A DNA stretch of 20,000 bases from an uncultured virus (IMG/VR IMGVR_UViG_3300030102_004953). Its lineage: Duplodnaviria > Heunggongvirae > Uroviricota > Caudoviricetes. The position numbers and the translations under genes are program-made. Location of the stretch: IMG/VR virus record IMGVR_UViG_3300030102_004953. One strand, given 5' to 3'. This document shows, in pieces, positions 1 through 7,919 of the stretch. The notes beneath the pieces are model-generated. The model was not told the origin of the DNA. It was given only the letters and a program-made list of their open reading frames with translations, and did not search any database. Positions within the stretch are counted from its first letter, which is position 1, and each line of letters starts with the position of its first letter.

Positions 1-83
1 TTATCTTCAGGAACTTCATTATACTTATCATCAAGTGATGATGTTTGTGGACTGTCTATAGGTTTATCCCACAGTATAGCCAT
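1..83 (-). CDS. hypothetical protein, 5' part (MAILWDKPIDSPQ...), runs off the window
   Basis: ATG at 83 overlaps the TAA of the upstream ORF (TAATG); open to the window edge. Confidence 0.6.
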   Translation of the reverse strand, partial: MAILWDKPIDSPQTSSLDDKYNEVPED

Positions 84-307
84 TAATACTCATCTCCATA
101 CAAGCTATATTTCTTTACAGGTTTAGGTGCTATCACACCATCCTCAGTATAAACTTTTCCATCTTTTGCATCTACTACAAATTCTGTAGCTGATGTTTCC
201 ATAAAAATAGCATTTAGAGCATCAGTTAGCGTAGTGTGAATTGTATCATCATTCTCTAACATCCATCTATCACCTGGTGGTACTCTTGTAGCAGCTAGTT
301 GTTTCAT
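83..307 (-). CDS. hypothetical phage protein (74 aa)
   Basis: ORF track; ATGA overlap with upstream gene, GGAGG upstream. Confidence 0.8.
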   Translation of the reverse strand: MKQLAATRVPPGDRWMLENDDTIHTTLTDALNAIFMETSATEFVVDAKDGKVYTEDGVIAPKPVKKYSLYGDEY

Positions 308-1098
308 TTTCTTCCTCCATCAATCATATGTTTAGGTAGTTGGTCATCAAAGTGTCTTTTTATTATTACAACTGGTAAATTAGGATTCATATTACTATAT
401 GCATAAATATCAAATGAGATTACTATTCTCATATCATCGCCAGTTGGTTCCACTCCGTGTTTTAAGTGTGATGGAAATAATACAACATCACCCTCTATTG
501 GTTTTATCTTAACTGATTCTACTCCTACATCACCTGTATTATATTCTTCTTCTATTCTCCTATCGTTTCTCCACAAGTAATCAAATACGTTTAAGTGATT
601 TCTATAAAAACTTAGATTAGGATTATTATTCTTTGGTAACTTAACATAATATATGCCAGATACGCAACCTCCTGTATGGTCGTGTATTGGTATCGCTGTC
701 TTAGCTGATTGTACATTGAACCACGATTTACCTATTACAAAATCTTGATTAATTAAATCAATGTTTAAATCGTATAGATATTTTTCTAAGTGAACATTTA
801 AATTTGAAAACAATTCTAAAAATAATGGGGTTTCTATATTATGTAGTCCACGCACATCTTTGTTATGTTCCATAGGATGTGATGATGAGTATCCAAAGCC
901 AGAAGAGTTGGATAATTGCATATTAGGATTAGCCTCATCTTGTTGGTATATATTATGTAACTCTACTTCTAACTTACTATTTAAATCTGATATAGCTTGT
1001 GGATTAGCTATAGGTTTTCTGTATATAGGATAATCAAATATCTTTGTGTAGACATTTTCATCCAAAGCATCTCTCTCTCCATATTCAAATGTAGGCAT
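304..1098 (-). CDS. 2OG-Fe(II) oxygenase (TIGR02466-like); likely start MPTFEY at 1098
   Basis: SWFN...HDH...SGIYYV...GDVVLFPSHLKHGV...RIVISFD motifs; TAATG coupling at 1098. Confidence 0.85.
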   Translation of the reverse strand: MPTFEYGERDALDENVYTKIFDYPIYRKPIANPQAISDLNSKLEVELHNIYQQDEANPNMQLSNSSGFGYSSSHPMEHNKDVRGLHNIETPLFLELFSNLNVHLEKYLYDLNIDLINQDFVIGKSWFNVQSAKTAIPIHDHTGGCVSGIYYVKLPKNNNPNLSFYRNHLNVFDYLWRNDRRIEEEYNTGDVGVESVKIKPIEGDVVLFPSHLKHGVEPTGDDMRIVISFDIYAYSNMNPNLPVVIIKRHFDDQLPKHMIDGGRK

Positions 1099-1826
1099 TA
1101 GTATATACTCTCTGGTTTCCAATTCCAATTATGTAAAATATAATCCATTTTCCAAAACTTATTTTCTGACATATACCTTAACATATCTTCATTATAATAT
1201 TCCATCAATGGCTTTTTACCAAATCTTTCTTTTGAAGAAAATATATTTTTCTGTTTATCACTATTAGAAAATGAACGAATGTTATCAATATTAAAACTCA
1301 AGTGTGGTAACCCTTTTTGTATTTCAATAAAATCTTCTTTTAGGTACTCTGCCCTTAATAAATAGTTTGGATTTCTGAACCAATTAGATTTTTCTTTACA
1401 AGCATCATAGTAAAATGATATAGGTGAAGCTAGTTCAAATCCAACCGAGAAATCATCCCACTTATCAAGTTCCATATGTATCTCAAAGAACTCAGAAAAC
1501 TCTAAGAACTTTCCTTTACTCCAAGTAAATGTTTTGTAATCTTGTCTATCGTGAAAAACTAAAAAGTAATGTGATAGTAGTCTAGCAGCTGGATGTCTTG
1601 TTGAACACACTATAGTAAAATCCTCAGCACCATCAGGACACAAGTAACCGTGATTAAATTGTCCTACACTATCATTGTATGTAAACATAGTGCCAGCATC
1701 GTAGAATATCTTATGACAATACCTTGAAGCGCACCTATCTGTAGCCCACCATAATAATTTATTAGAGTAGTCTACATTTGTGGGAATCTTGTAATCAGTT
1801 CCCTCTCTTAGAAGAAGAACCGCCAC
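1098..1826 (-). CDS. sulfotransferase family 2-like protein
   Basis: STRHPAARLLSHY matches the R-x-P-x-x-R-x-x-S 3'-phosphate-binding motif; LLRAEYLKEDF downstream motif. Confidence 0.65.
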   Translation of the reverse strand: MAVLLLREGTDYKIPTNVDYSNKLLWWATDRCASRYCHKIFYDAGTMFTYNDSVGQFNHGYLCPDGAEDFTIVCSTRHPAARLLSHYFLVFHDRQDYKTFTWSKGKFLEFSEFFEIHMELDKWDDFSVGFELASPISFYYDACKEKSNWFRNPNYLLRAEYLKEDFIEIQKGLPHLSFNIDNIRSFSNSDKQKNIFSSKERFGKKPLMEYYNEDMLRYMSENKFWKMDYILHNWNWKPESIY

Positions 1827-2106
1827 TCTTTTTTAATCCTGCTTGTTTTATTAATGTTTCTAAATCAACTGATTTTTTGAACTCTTCTATTTCATCTTCA
1901 TCCAACTCATCTTCATACTCAAATTGTTCCTCGAAGTCAAGTAAAGCATCTTCAAGACTCTCTAAGTTATATAGGTCCTGTAGTAAGTCTGCTAACTTAG
2001 AGTTAGACATAGTGTTATCAGTTTTCATAACTGCTCTTATCAGAGATTTTATTTTTGTAACGAGTCTATCTGTTATTAGATATAATGGTTCTCTTTGTTC
2101 ATTCAT
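1795..2106 (-). CDS. hypothetical acidic protein (103 aa)
   Basis: ORF track, coupled to neighbours. Confidence 0.75.
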   Translation of the reverse strand: MNEQREPLYLITDRLVTKIKSLIRAVMKTDNTMSNSKLADLLQDLYNLESLEDALLDFEEQFEYEDELDEDEIEEFKKSVDLETLIKQAGLKKSGGSSSKRGN

Positions 2107-2396
2107 TATGGTGTCATACTCACGGGACCATCATATGGTATATACTTTTTAACAGGCTTATCATCATCATCTACCTTTTCTATAGGATACTCTAAGTAGG
2201 TTTCTACTTCTTCTTTAAACTCATCTTCGTAGGTAAGTTGCTTTACTGATTCCTCTCCTACCTCAGGAAAATGTGTATCTATTATATCTTGCACGTGAAG
2301 TTGTACTCTTCTTATAGAAGTAGCAGTTAGTAGTGCTAGATTCTTAAAGGTAGTTATCATCATCTTCAAAATCATCCCAATCTCCTGCATCATCAC
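2106..2396 (-). CDS. hypothetical protein; true start probably downstream of 2344
   Basis: ORF track; its 5' part overlaps another ORF (2344-2502) in a different frame. Confidence 0.6.
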   Translation of the reverse strand: MMMQEIGMILKMMITTFKNLALLTATSIRRVQLHVQDIIDTHFPEVGEESVKQLTYEDEFKEEVETYLEYPIEKVDDDDKPVKKYIPYDGPVSMTP

Positions 2397-2502
2397 CTAT
2401 GGTGATTATTGTATCTAATGATGATATTACATCCTCAATAATATCCCAATCTTCGGTGTTGTAAGCCTCTTCTAATTTCTTTTTTATCTCGTTTAAAGTC
2501 AT
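2344..2502 (-). CDS. small acidic protein, 52 aa (MTLNEIKKKLEEAYNTEDWDIIEDVISSLDTIITIGDDAGDWDDFEDDDNYL)
   Basis: translated by hand; AAGGGAG RBS upstream; below ORF track cutoff. Confidence 0.7.
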   Translation of the reverse strand: MTLNEIKKKLEEAYNTEDWDIIEDVISSLDTIITIGDDAGDWDDFEDDDNYL

Positions 2503-2599
2503 CAAAAACTCCCTTAAATTAATAACTTAGGTATTAGTTTCTCTTTTTATTTTCTTAACTTTTTAAAGTAAATAGTATACAAGTTAAGTTTTATGTTTG

Positions 2600-2671
2600 T
2601 AGCCCGTAGGGGAATCGAACCCCTGTTGCAGGAATGAAAATCCTGAGTCCTAACCACTAGACGAACGGGCC
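2600..2671 (-). tRNA. tRNA-Glu (TTC), CCA not encoded
   Basis: GGCCCGT/ACGGGCT acceptor, CAGGA-TTTTCAT-TCCTG anticodon arm, GGTTCGATTCC T-arm. Confidence 0.96.
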
Positions 2672-2676
2672 AGTAG

Positions 2677-3090
2677 TGGAGCTGGTGGGAATCGAACCCA
2701 CGTCCAAACGCTTTCTCGATGAAGTCATTTACAGCTTAGTTAGTTTCAAATCGGTAGTAACTAACAACCCACCATATCCCCATTTACTCAGATAGGTTTA
2801 ACTGGTAGGGTTTATTGTCTCCCTACATTGACGATCGTGTCTAACTTGTTTTATGACCGAGTGTTAAACAAACTCAGTATCTTATGCAGCGTGTGCGTAA
2901 GATGGTTGAGAAGTACGAGCTGGTTCAATAAATGTATCAAACATACGCTCTGAATTAGCTAGATGCCAATCCACTTTCAACCCTTGTAGCGATTTATCGC
3001 CATTTAGGTTTTGTGAGTCTTATTAAAGAGTCTACTCATACTCTGCTGCACTTCATTGTCAAATAACGCCTGTCGAAACCAGTCAGCCCC
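2677..3090 (-). ncRNA. ssrA: tmRNA (one-piece, 414 nt)
   Basis: 5' GGGGCTGACTGGTTTCGACAGG, 3' GGACGTGGGTTCGATTCCCACCAGCTCCA, G3-U70 alanine determinant, pk1 (AGAGT/ACTCT plus TGAGT/ACTCA), tag frame ending YAHAA-stop. Confidence 0.95.
2882..3001 (-). other. tmRNA tag reading frame: (A)GDKSLQGLKVDWHLANSERMFDTFIEPARTSQPSYAHAA*
   Basis: GGC resume codon 12 nt after pk1, preceded by TAAAT; open 39 codons to TAA. Confidence 0.8.
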
Positions 3091-3094
3091 ATAG

Positions 3095-3167
3095 AGCCAG
3101 AGATAGGATTCGAACCTACGACCTAGTGATTACAAATCACTTGCTCTACCAACTGAGCTACTCTGGC
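3095..3167 (-). tRNA. tRNA-Thr (TGT), CCA not encoded
   Basis: GCCAGAG/CTCTGGC acceptor, AGTGA-TTTGTAA-TCACT anticodon arm, GGTTCGAATCC. Confidence 0.96.
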
Positions 3168-3245
3168 ATAAAGTAGTGGGGAAGTCCTCACGCCCTATTG
3201 TTTGATATTATCGCTCGCCAGTTTGTGGTGTTTATCCACTACTTG

Positions 3246-3318
3246 TGGAGCTGACAGGAGTCGAACCTGCGACCTCCTCCGTGCAAGGGAGGCGCTCTCC
3301 CAACTGAGCTACAGCCCC
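3246..3318 (-). tRNA. tRNA-Ala (TGC), CCA not encoded
   Basis: GGGGCTG/CAGCTCC acceptor with G3-U70, CCTCC-CTTGCAC-GGAGG anticodon arm. Confidence 0.96.
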
Positions 3319-3388
3319 AAAAATAGGGCTCAAGAGAAAGGAGTAAAAACTTGAGCCCTCACGCCGGTAAACATTTGTAACCGACGTG
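3319..3388 (-). ncRNA. two-hairpin leader or sRNA; second hairpin terminator-like with anti-SD loop
   Basis: CACGTCGGT/ACCGGCGTG stem, then AGGGCTCAAG/CTTGAGCCCT perfect 10-bp stem followed by ATTTTT. Confidence 0.55.
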
Positions 3389-3409
3389 TATAAATATTAA
3401 CTACTCAAT

Positions 3410-4366
3410 CTAAATTACACTTTCTGTTTCAGATATAATTGTAGCTAATTCGATTAACTCGTAAGTGTAACCTGCAGGAACTAAAAACGTATCAAGTAAC
3501 TTAGTGTGCATTGGCTTCACGTCGTTTATCCATTTAGATTCTGCATCAGGTGTTGGATGATGAATTAGAATACGAAGATTCTTTCTACTACCACCCATAT
3601 TAGCAAACACCTTATCCATAATCTTACGCCAATCAAACAACTTAGAAGTCATCATCCAAGTAATTGATTTAGAATCAGAAAATGCATCTATAGTTTCTTG
3701 ACTTTCAATACTTCTTGGATCCCACTTCTTCCAAACACCGCCTAACATTTTACCAACGTTTATCTTATCCACAGCATCTTTAGCTTTTGAAATAATCGCT
3801 GTACACTCTCTACTTGAACATCCAGCCTGCATTAAGAATATGAGGTTATGAGGATCTTCAATTAGAATACCATCGGTTTCAAAGTTGTTAACAAGTGTCT
3901 TAACAAAGTCATCATTTGAACTTGGGTTTCTACGCTTCTTTGGTTTTGGGTTAAGTAATATACCTAACATCCTAACCTCTGCATCACTCCAACCTTCATC
4001 ATACAAGTTACCTAAGTTAATAACTTTAGCTGATGTAGCTTTCTTAGATGAAAGAATACCAGCTCTGGTATGATTACCACCAATGATTACTTTGTTACCT
4101 TCCCTATCAATGAAAACAATAATAGGATCTGTCATATCAAGATTACCATCGTTATCATCTAACTGGTCAGTTATGTAACGAGCTAAATCAGGATCAGTAA
4201 TATACCTAATTTGTTTCATTCTATAAGTTTTTAATTCGTCTTTAGTTATAATTTCTACCTTATAATTACCGTCGTTTATAGAACGTATAACTTCAAGACC
4301 TCTCATCGATGGAGAATCGATTAACATATTGTCATCCTCTCGCATCGCTTGTAGTCTATGTGCCAT
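3410..4366 (-). CDS. ParB/Srx-like N-terminal domain protein
   Basis: DPIIVF...KVIIGGNHTRAG resembles the ParB-N (D/G)G-x-H-R/T motif. Confidence 0.6.
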   Translation of the reverse strand: MAHRLQAMREDDNMLIDSPSMRGLEVIRSINDGNYKVEIITKDELKTYRMKQIRYITDPDLARYITDQLDDNDGNLDMTDPIIVFIDREGNKVIIGGNHTRAGILSSKKATSAKVINLGNLYDEGWSDAEVRMLGILLNPKPKKRRNPSSNDDFVKTLVNNFETDGILIEDPHNLIFLMQAGCSSRECTAIISKAKDAVDKINVGKMLGGVWKKWDPRSIESQETIDAFSDSKSITWMMTSKLFDWRKIMDKVFANMGGSRKNLRILIHHPTPDAESKWINDVKPMHTKLLDTFLVPAGYTYELIELATIISETESVI

Positions 4367-4403
4367 AGTTTGTTTTTCCTTGTATTGTTATTTGTGTTAT
4401 TTG

Positions 4404-4901
4404 TCATTTTGCTATTACCAATTTTCCATATTGTTTGATAATTTTTTCTGAAATCGTTACACCTAATCTTGGGTCTTTTCTTTTTAAAGTTGAACCATAA
4501 GATTTCTTTAACTTAGGTAAGAGAATATCTATCACATCTTTGGCATCTAATACATACATCTCAACTATCTTAGTACCCTCGAATCTTGCGTAGTAATGAT
4601 ATGGATACTTACCAATCTTTTCTTCAATGATATACTTCTCTTGTTCTTCCCACGTATCTTGTACAGATATACCATTGTAGGTTGCAGAAATCTTTTTACC
4701 TATAGTAGATTTATATTCTACAGGTGTTCCATCAGGCATTATACCATCTGCGCCAGAATAGTTCTTTGGAACCGTATGTCCTAACTCTGCCGCCATTAAA
4801 ACTTCTTTTACTTTTGAGTAAGAAAATATATCACCCAAATCCATAGCAGCTGTAAGCTTATCTATCTCATTAAGGTGGTATTTTATTTCATTAAGATTCA
4901 T
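4404..4901 (-). CDS. PvuII-like PD-(D/E)xK endonuclease
   Basis: GDIF...LGHTV...GADG...G-x-x-x-EYKS and C-terminal KDPR parallel the PvuII pattern as recalled (NDIF...GNDA...G-x-x-x-ELKS...NNPK); similar length. Confidence 0.7.
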   Translation of the reverse strand: MNLNEIKYHLNEIDKLTAAMDLGDIFSYSKVKEVLMAAELGHTVPKNYSGADGIMPDGTPVEYKSTIGKKISATYNGISVQDTWEEQEKYIIEEKIGKYPYHYYARFEGTKIVEMYVLDAKDVIDILLPKLKKSYGSTLKRKDPRLGVTISEKIIKQYGKLVIAK

Positions 4902-5136
4902 TATATCTCCTTTTATAATTTCTCTCTTGAACTTCTAATATATGTTTACAATATCTTATCTTATGTTTCCTACGAAACTTAAACGCTGGGCAATCACAAG
5001 CCCACTCTATCCTACTTCTATCAAATCTAATATCATAATCTTTACCATCTACCTTATAGTGTTCCCACCCATAATCATCGATGAGAACACCATCAAACAA
5101 ATCCATTACAACATCTACTAATGGATGTTTAGACAT
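4891..5136 (-). CDS. SWIM zinc-finger protein
   Basis: WACDCPAF...YCKHI (CxC...CxH). Confidence 0.85.
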   Translation of the reverse strand: MSKHPLVDVVMDLFDGVLIDDYGWEHYKVDGKDYDIRFDRSRIEWACDCPAFKFRRKHKIRYCKHILEVQERNYKRRYNES

Positions 5137-5254
5137 TACCTAATACCATAAGTAGTCCGAATACAAAAAATATCCATAGAAGTGTTAAGAATTCGGCAAC
5201 GTGATATAACTTTTTTCTAAACATCATTTTTTTGAATGTAAGTTGTTTTTTCAT
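5129..5254 (-). CDS. small membrane protein, 41 aa (MKKQLTFKKMMFRKKLYHVAEFLTLLWIFFVFGLLMVLGNV)
   Basis: translated by hand; GAGG RBS; one hydrophobic helix. Confidence 0.6.
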   Translation of the reverse strand: MKKQLTFKKMMFRKKLYHVAEFLTLLWIFFVFGLLMVLGNV

Positions 5255-5262
5255 ATTTACCT

Positions 5263-5673
5263 CTATTTTAAATACTCAGGACCAGTCCACTCATACCAGT
5301 CAGTTCTCGCTTCGAAAATGTTACCTCTTGCCCACTTAGCTGGCGAAGCCCAAGAAGCTGGTTTGAAAGTATCACCTCTCGTGTAAGGAATGTTTTTGTG
5401 GATTCCATCACTCATAGCAACAAATCCCCAAACACTTGAACCATTTACAACTTTAATAAACTTCTTACCTGGTTTGAAATTTATATCAAACTTATCAATA
5501 TTATATCCACCCCAATTTTTATACTTGAGAAGTATATTATTTTTAAGTGTTTCAAGAGCTATGTTCATATCTCTCGTTGGGTTGTTTGGATCTGTCGTGG
5601 GAGTATTATCCTTTACCTTATCTGTTACAGGTGAAAGCTGTGGAGACACTCCGTTTATAAAACTAAAACTCAT
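5263..5673 (-). CDS. conserved phage hypothetical protein; likely start MSFSF at 5673
   Basis: GKKFIKVV...SVWGFV...GD..KPASW..PAK.ARGNI pattern typical of a widespread myophage family; the ORF-track start at 5715 lies inside the promoter. Confidence 0.75.
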   Translation of the reverse strand: MSFSFINGVSPQLSPVTDKVKDNTPTTDPNNPTRDMNIALETLKNNILLKYKNWGGYNIDKFDINFKPGKKFIKVVNGSSVWGFVAMSDGIHKNIPYTRGDTFKPASWASPAKWARGNIFEARTDWYEWTGPEYLK

Positions 5674-5705
5674 TTCTTTTCCTTTTCCTTTACTTTTCAT
5701 ACTCG

Positions 5706-5745
5706 ATCTTAACACAAAATGACCATATGTGTCAAGTCTTTTTTT
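5706..5745 (-). promoter_or_regulatory. repeated sigma70-like early promoter, copy 1
   Basis: A-tract-GAC-TTGACA-N18-TAAGAT. Confidence 0.8.
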
Positions 5746-6019
5746 AATTAAATGGATTATTTTTTGTTAGGTTTTCCCCTACCCAACCTTTAGATTCAGA
5801 GTATACCATTTTAAAATTACGACCCAATCCACTAACATCTTGAGATACTCTAACCACATCTACCGTATCCCAATCAAAATACTTTTTCATAACCGATGTT
5901 ATATACCAGCTTTTATTTTTATCAGTTGTATGTAAATGGTCTGTAAAGCTCATAGTTTTCCCATTAGCTTTAAACCTAAATAAAAACCTGTATGATTTCA
6001 TAGGTGATTTCCAACTCAT
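5744..6019 (-). CDS. hypothetical protein (91 aa)
   Basis: ORF track; GGAG upstream, ATGA overlap. Confidence 0.75.
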   Translation of the reverse strand: MSWKSPMKSYRFLFRFKANGKTMSFTDHLHTTDKNKSWYITSVMKKYFDWDTVDVVRVSQDVSGLGRNFKMVYSESKGWVGENLTKNNPFN

Positions 6020-6288
6020 ATTAATTCTCCAAACATTATTAATTCTGAAATTAGTTTATCTTCTGCTTCAGTCCAACAAGTAGCGTTCCAATTTTCCCAA
6101 AGTACAAAACCTGTCTCATCAGATATTTTGTGAACCCTAACATCACCAGCATAATCTGTATCATATGTGATGGTGAAAGATTTTGAAGTAGTTACTACAG
6201 GCTCTTCTGAGGTTAACCACTCATTCACAGCCTCACCGACTGTTGATTTGAATAATTCTTTATTTGATGGTAATAATTTTTCTAACAT
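6016..6288 (-). CDS. hypothetical protein (90 aa)
   Basis: ORF track. Confidence 0.7.
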   Translation of the reverse strand: MLEKLLPSNKELFKSTVGEAVNEWLTSEEPVVTTSKSFTITYDTDYAGDVRVHKISDETGFVLWENWNATCWTEAEDKLISELIMFGELI

Positions 6289-6386
6289 CTATTTTCTTTC
6301 GCTGCTTTAACTCTAGCTTCTCTTCCCATCTCTCTTACCCTTTTATCACTTTTTTTTACCAATTTCATATAATCTTCGTAAGTCAT
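6282..6386 (-). CDS. small protein, 34 aa (MTYEDYMKLVKKSDKRVREMGREARVKAAKENRC)
   Basis: translated by hand; first ORF after promoter copy 2, AAGGGA RBS. Confidence 0.6.
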   Translation of the reverse strand: MTYEDYMKLVKKSDKRVREMGREARVKAAKENRC

Positions 6387-6411
6387 TTATATTCCCTTTA
6401 TTAACTGGTAT

Positions 6412-6451
6412 AATATACTAAAAAAAACAATACGTGTCAAGTCTTTTTTTT
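6412..6451 (-). promoter_or_regulatory. repeated sigma70-like early promoter, copy 2
   Basis: A-tract-GAC-TTGACA-N17-TATATT. Confidence 0.8.
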
Positions 6452-6573
6452 ATTTTTTTTCAACCTACTATATATCTTATTATCTATCTTAGTATCACTA
6501 AGCCAGTATTGATATACCCCCTTAGTTTCGGTGAAAAAATTTAGATATTTTAATAACCCAAATTTATTTTTCA

Positions 6574-6870
6574 TTATACTCCCATTGATGTTAATACTTT
6601 GTCCTCAAGCCAATTCGCTTCTTCATCGGACATTAATTCCATATCCCAAGCATCTAACTTAGATTCGTTTAGTTCTGCTTGGTATTGCTCTTCAATCAAC
6701 TGTTTGTTGATTAACTTTACAGTCTTTTCTGGCATCCAACTTAGTTTCCACGGCTTACCATCTGCCCAAACATCAACTACCTTTACGTTATCGGAAACTG
6801 AAGAAAGAACCCATTCTACTTTCAACTCTCCATCAAAGTTTGGAAGATTTATTACTGATACTTTAGTCAT
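6574..6870 (-). CDS. hypothetical protein (98 aa)
   Basis: ORF track; strong AAGGAG RBS directly after promoter copy 3. Confidence 0.85.
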   Translation of the reverse strand: MTKVSVINLPNFDGELKVEWVLSSVSDNVKVVDVWADGKPWKLSWMPEKTVKLINKQLIEEQYQAELNESKLDAWDMELMSDEEANWLEDKVLTSMGV

Positions 6871-6895
6871 TTGATTACTCCTTAATTTCTGTTAG

Positions 6896-6936
6896 ATCTT
6901 AACACAAAATGACCATACAAGTCAAGTCTTTTTTTT
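6896..6936 (-). promoter_or_regulatory. repeated sigma70-like early promoter, copy 3
   Basis: A-tract-GAC-TTGACT-N18-TAAGAT; differs from copy 1 at only 3 positions. Confidence 0.8.
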
Positions 6937-7477
6937 ATGCTTGTTTTATATTAGATATTTGTTCGAATGTTTCGATATCTTCTTTGGTTAGATTTAGCTG
7001 ATGTTGTGTTTCTAACATCTTCCTATCTTCCTCAGGAAAATATCTAAAGTAACCTGAACTCTTTAACTTCTCGTGTGCTTCAGCTAGTGCATTGTGTGTG
7101 GTTATATTAATAAGGAATGTAGGTGCGTGTTCTCTTGTATCAACACCAGCAACCGTGTATTTCTCATAAGGTGAAAAGCATATAGACTTTAAATCAGCTG
7201 TATGATTACGTTTACTAAGTTCACCATTTATATAACTCTGATACTTCTCTCTGTTTATGTTTTCTAGGTTATCACCTCGTTGTATTATTAGTACGCTTGA
7301 GTGTTCTCTCATATGTTGGTAAGCTACATCTAATAACGATAACTTGTCATCAGGATAATAATCTACAATGCTCATCGTATTCAACTCTGACTTTATAAAC
7401 GGGCAAACCGGCATACCACCAAACTTCTCGTGTGGTGTCATTAAGAAGTTAAAATATTTTATTAGTTCTATGTACAC
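6935..7477 (-). CDS. hypothetical protein with N-terminal CPF motif (DUF1415-like, tentative)
   Basis: GGMPVCPFIK motif. Confidence 0.55.
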   Translation of the reverse strand: MYIELIKYFNFLMTPHEKFGGMPVCPFIKSELNTMSIVDYYPDDKLSLLDVAYQHMREHSSVLIIQRGDNLENINREKYQSYINGELSKRNHTADLKSICFSPYEKYTVAGVDTREHAPTFLINITTHNALAEAHEKLKSSGYFRYFPEEDRKMLETQHQLNLTKEDIETFEQISNIKQA

Positions 7478-7827
7478 TAAATCTTTACAACATTAGTAAC
7501 CTGTATTAGAATAATCGCTATAGCCAGTAGAATACAGATTATAGTTTTTATGGTGGGTACTTCATTTAAGAATATGTAACTCATTATACCAAACATAATA
7601 GTTCCTACACCAAAACCTATCAAACGAATATTCCAAGTGAATCCAAAGTGTTCGTAAGATAGTTTACTTGCTATAAAGAATAGAGTACCAATCGGTATAC
7701 CAACTACACCCATCCAATATGGATTATTCCAAAACTTACTATTAGTCATAAATTGTGTGTTAAGCTGAAACCAAGCTAGTATATTACTGAATGCTAAGAT
7801 TATAACTGCTAGAGTTAACTTAGTCAT
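7477..7827 (-). CDS. four-helix membrane protein, SMR/DMT-like
   Basis: 116 aa with 4 hydrophobic segments; 'YIFLNE' before last helix typical of DMT family. Confidence 0.65.
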   Translation of the reverse strand: MTKLTLAVIILAFSNILAWFQLNTQFMTNSKFWNNPYWMGVVGIPIGTLFFIASKLSYEHFGFTWNIRLIGFGVGTIMFGIMSYIFLNEVPTIKTIICILLAIAIILIQVTNVVKI

Positions 7828-7919
7828 CTATAGATTCCTTTTTTTATTTCCTTTAGAAACTTTCTTATATGGTATACGCAAAATGCACCAATTAATATTA
7901 AAGCTATATAATCTATCAT
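7824..7919 (-). CDS. small membrane peptide, 31 aa (MIDYIALILIGAFCVYHIRKFLKEIKKGIYR)
   Basis: translated by hand; ATGA overlaps with both neighbours. Confidence 0.6.
   Translation of the reverse strand: MIDYIALILIGAFCVYHIRKFLKEIKKGIYR

Noticed and set aside
3171..3200. GGGGAAGTCC as RNase P RNA conserved region I
   Set aside because: Opposite strand to the cluster, only 74 nt of space, and no matching CR-V sequence
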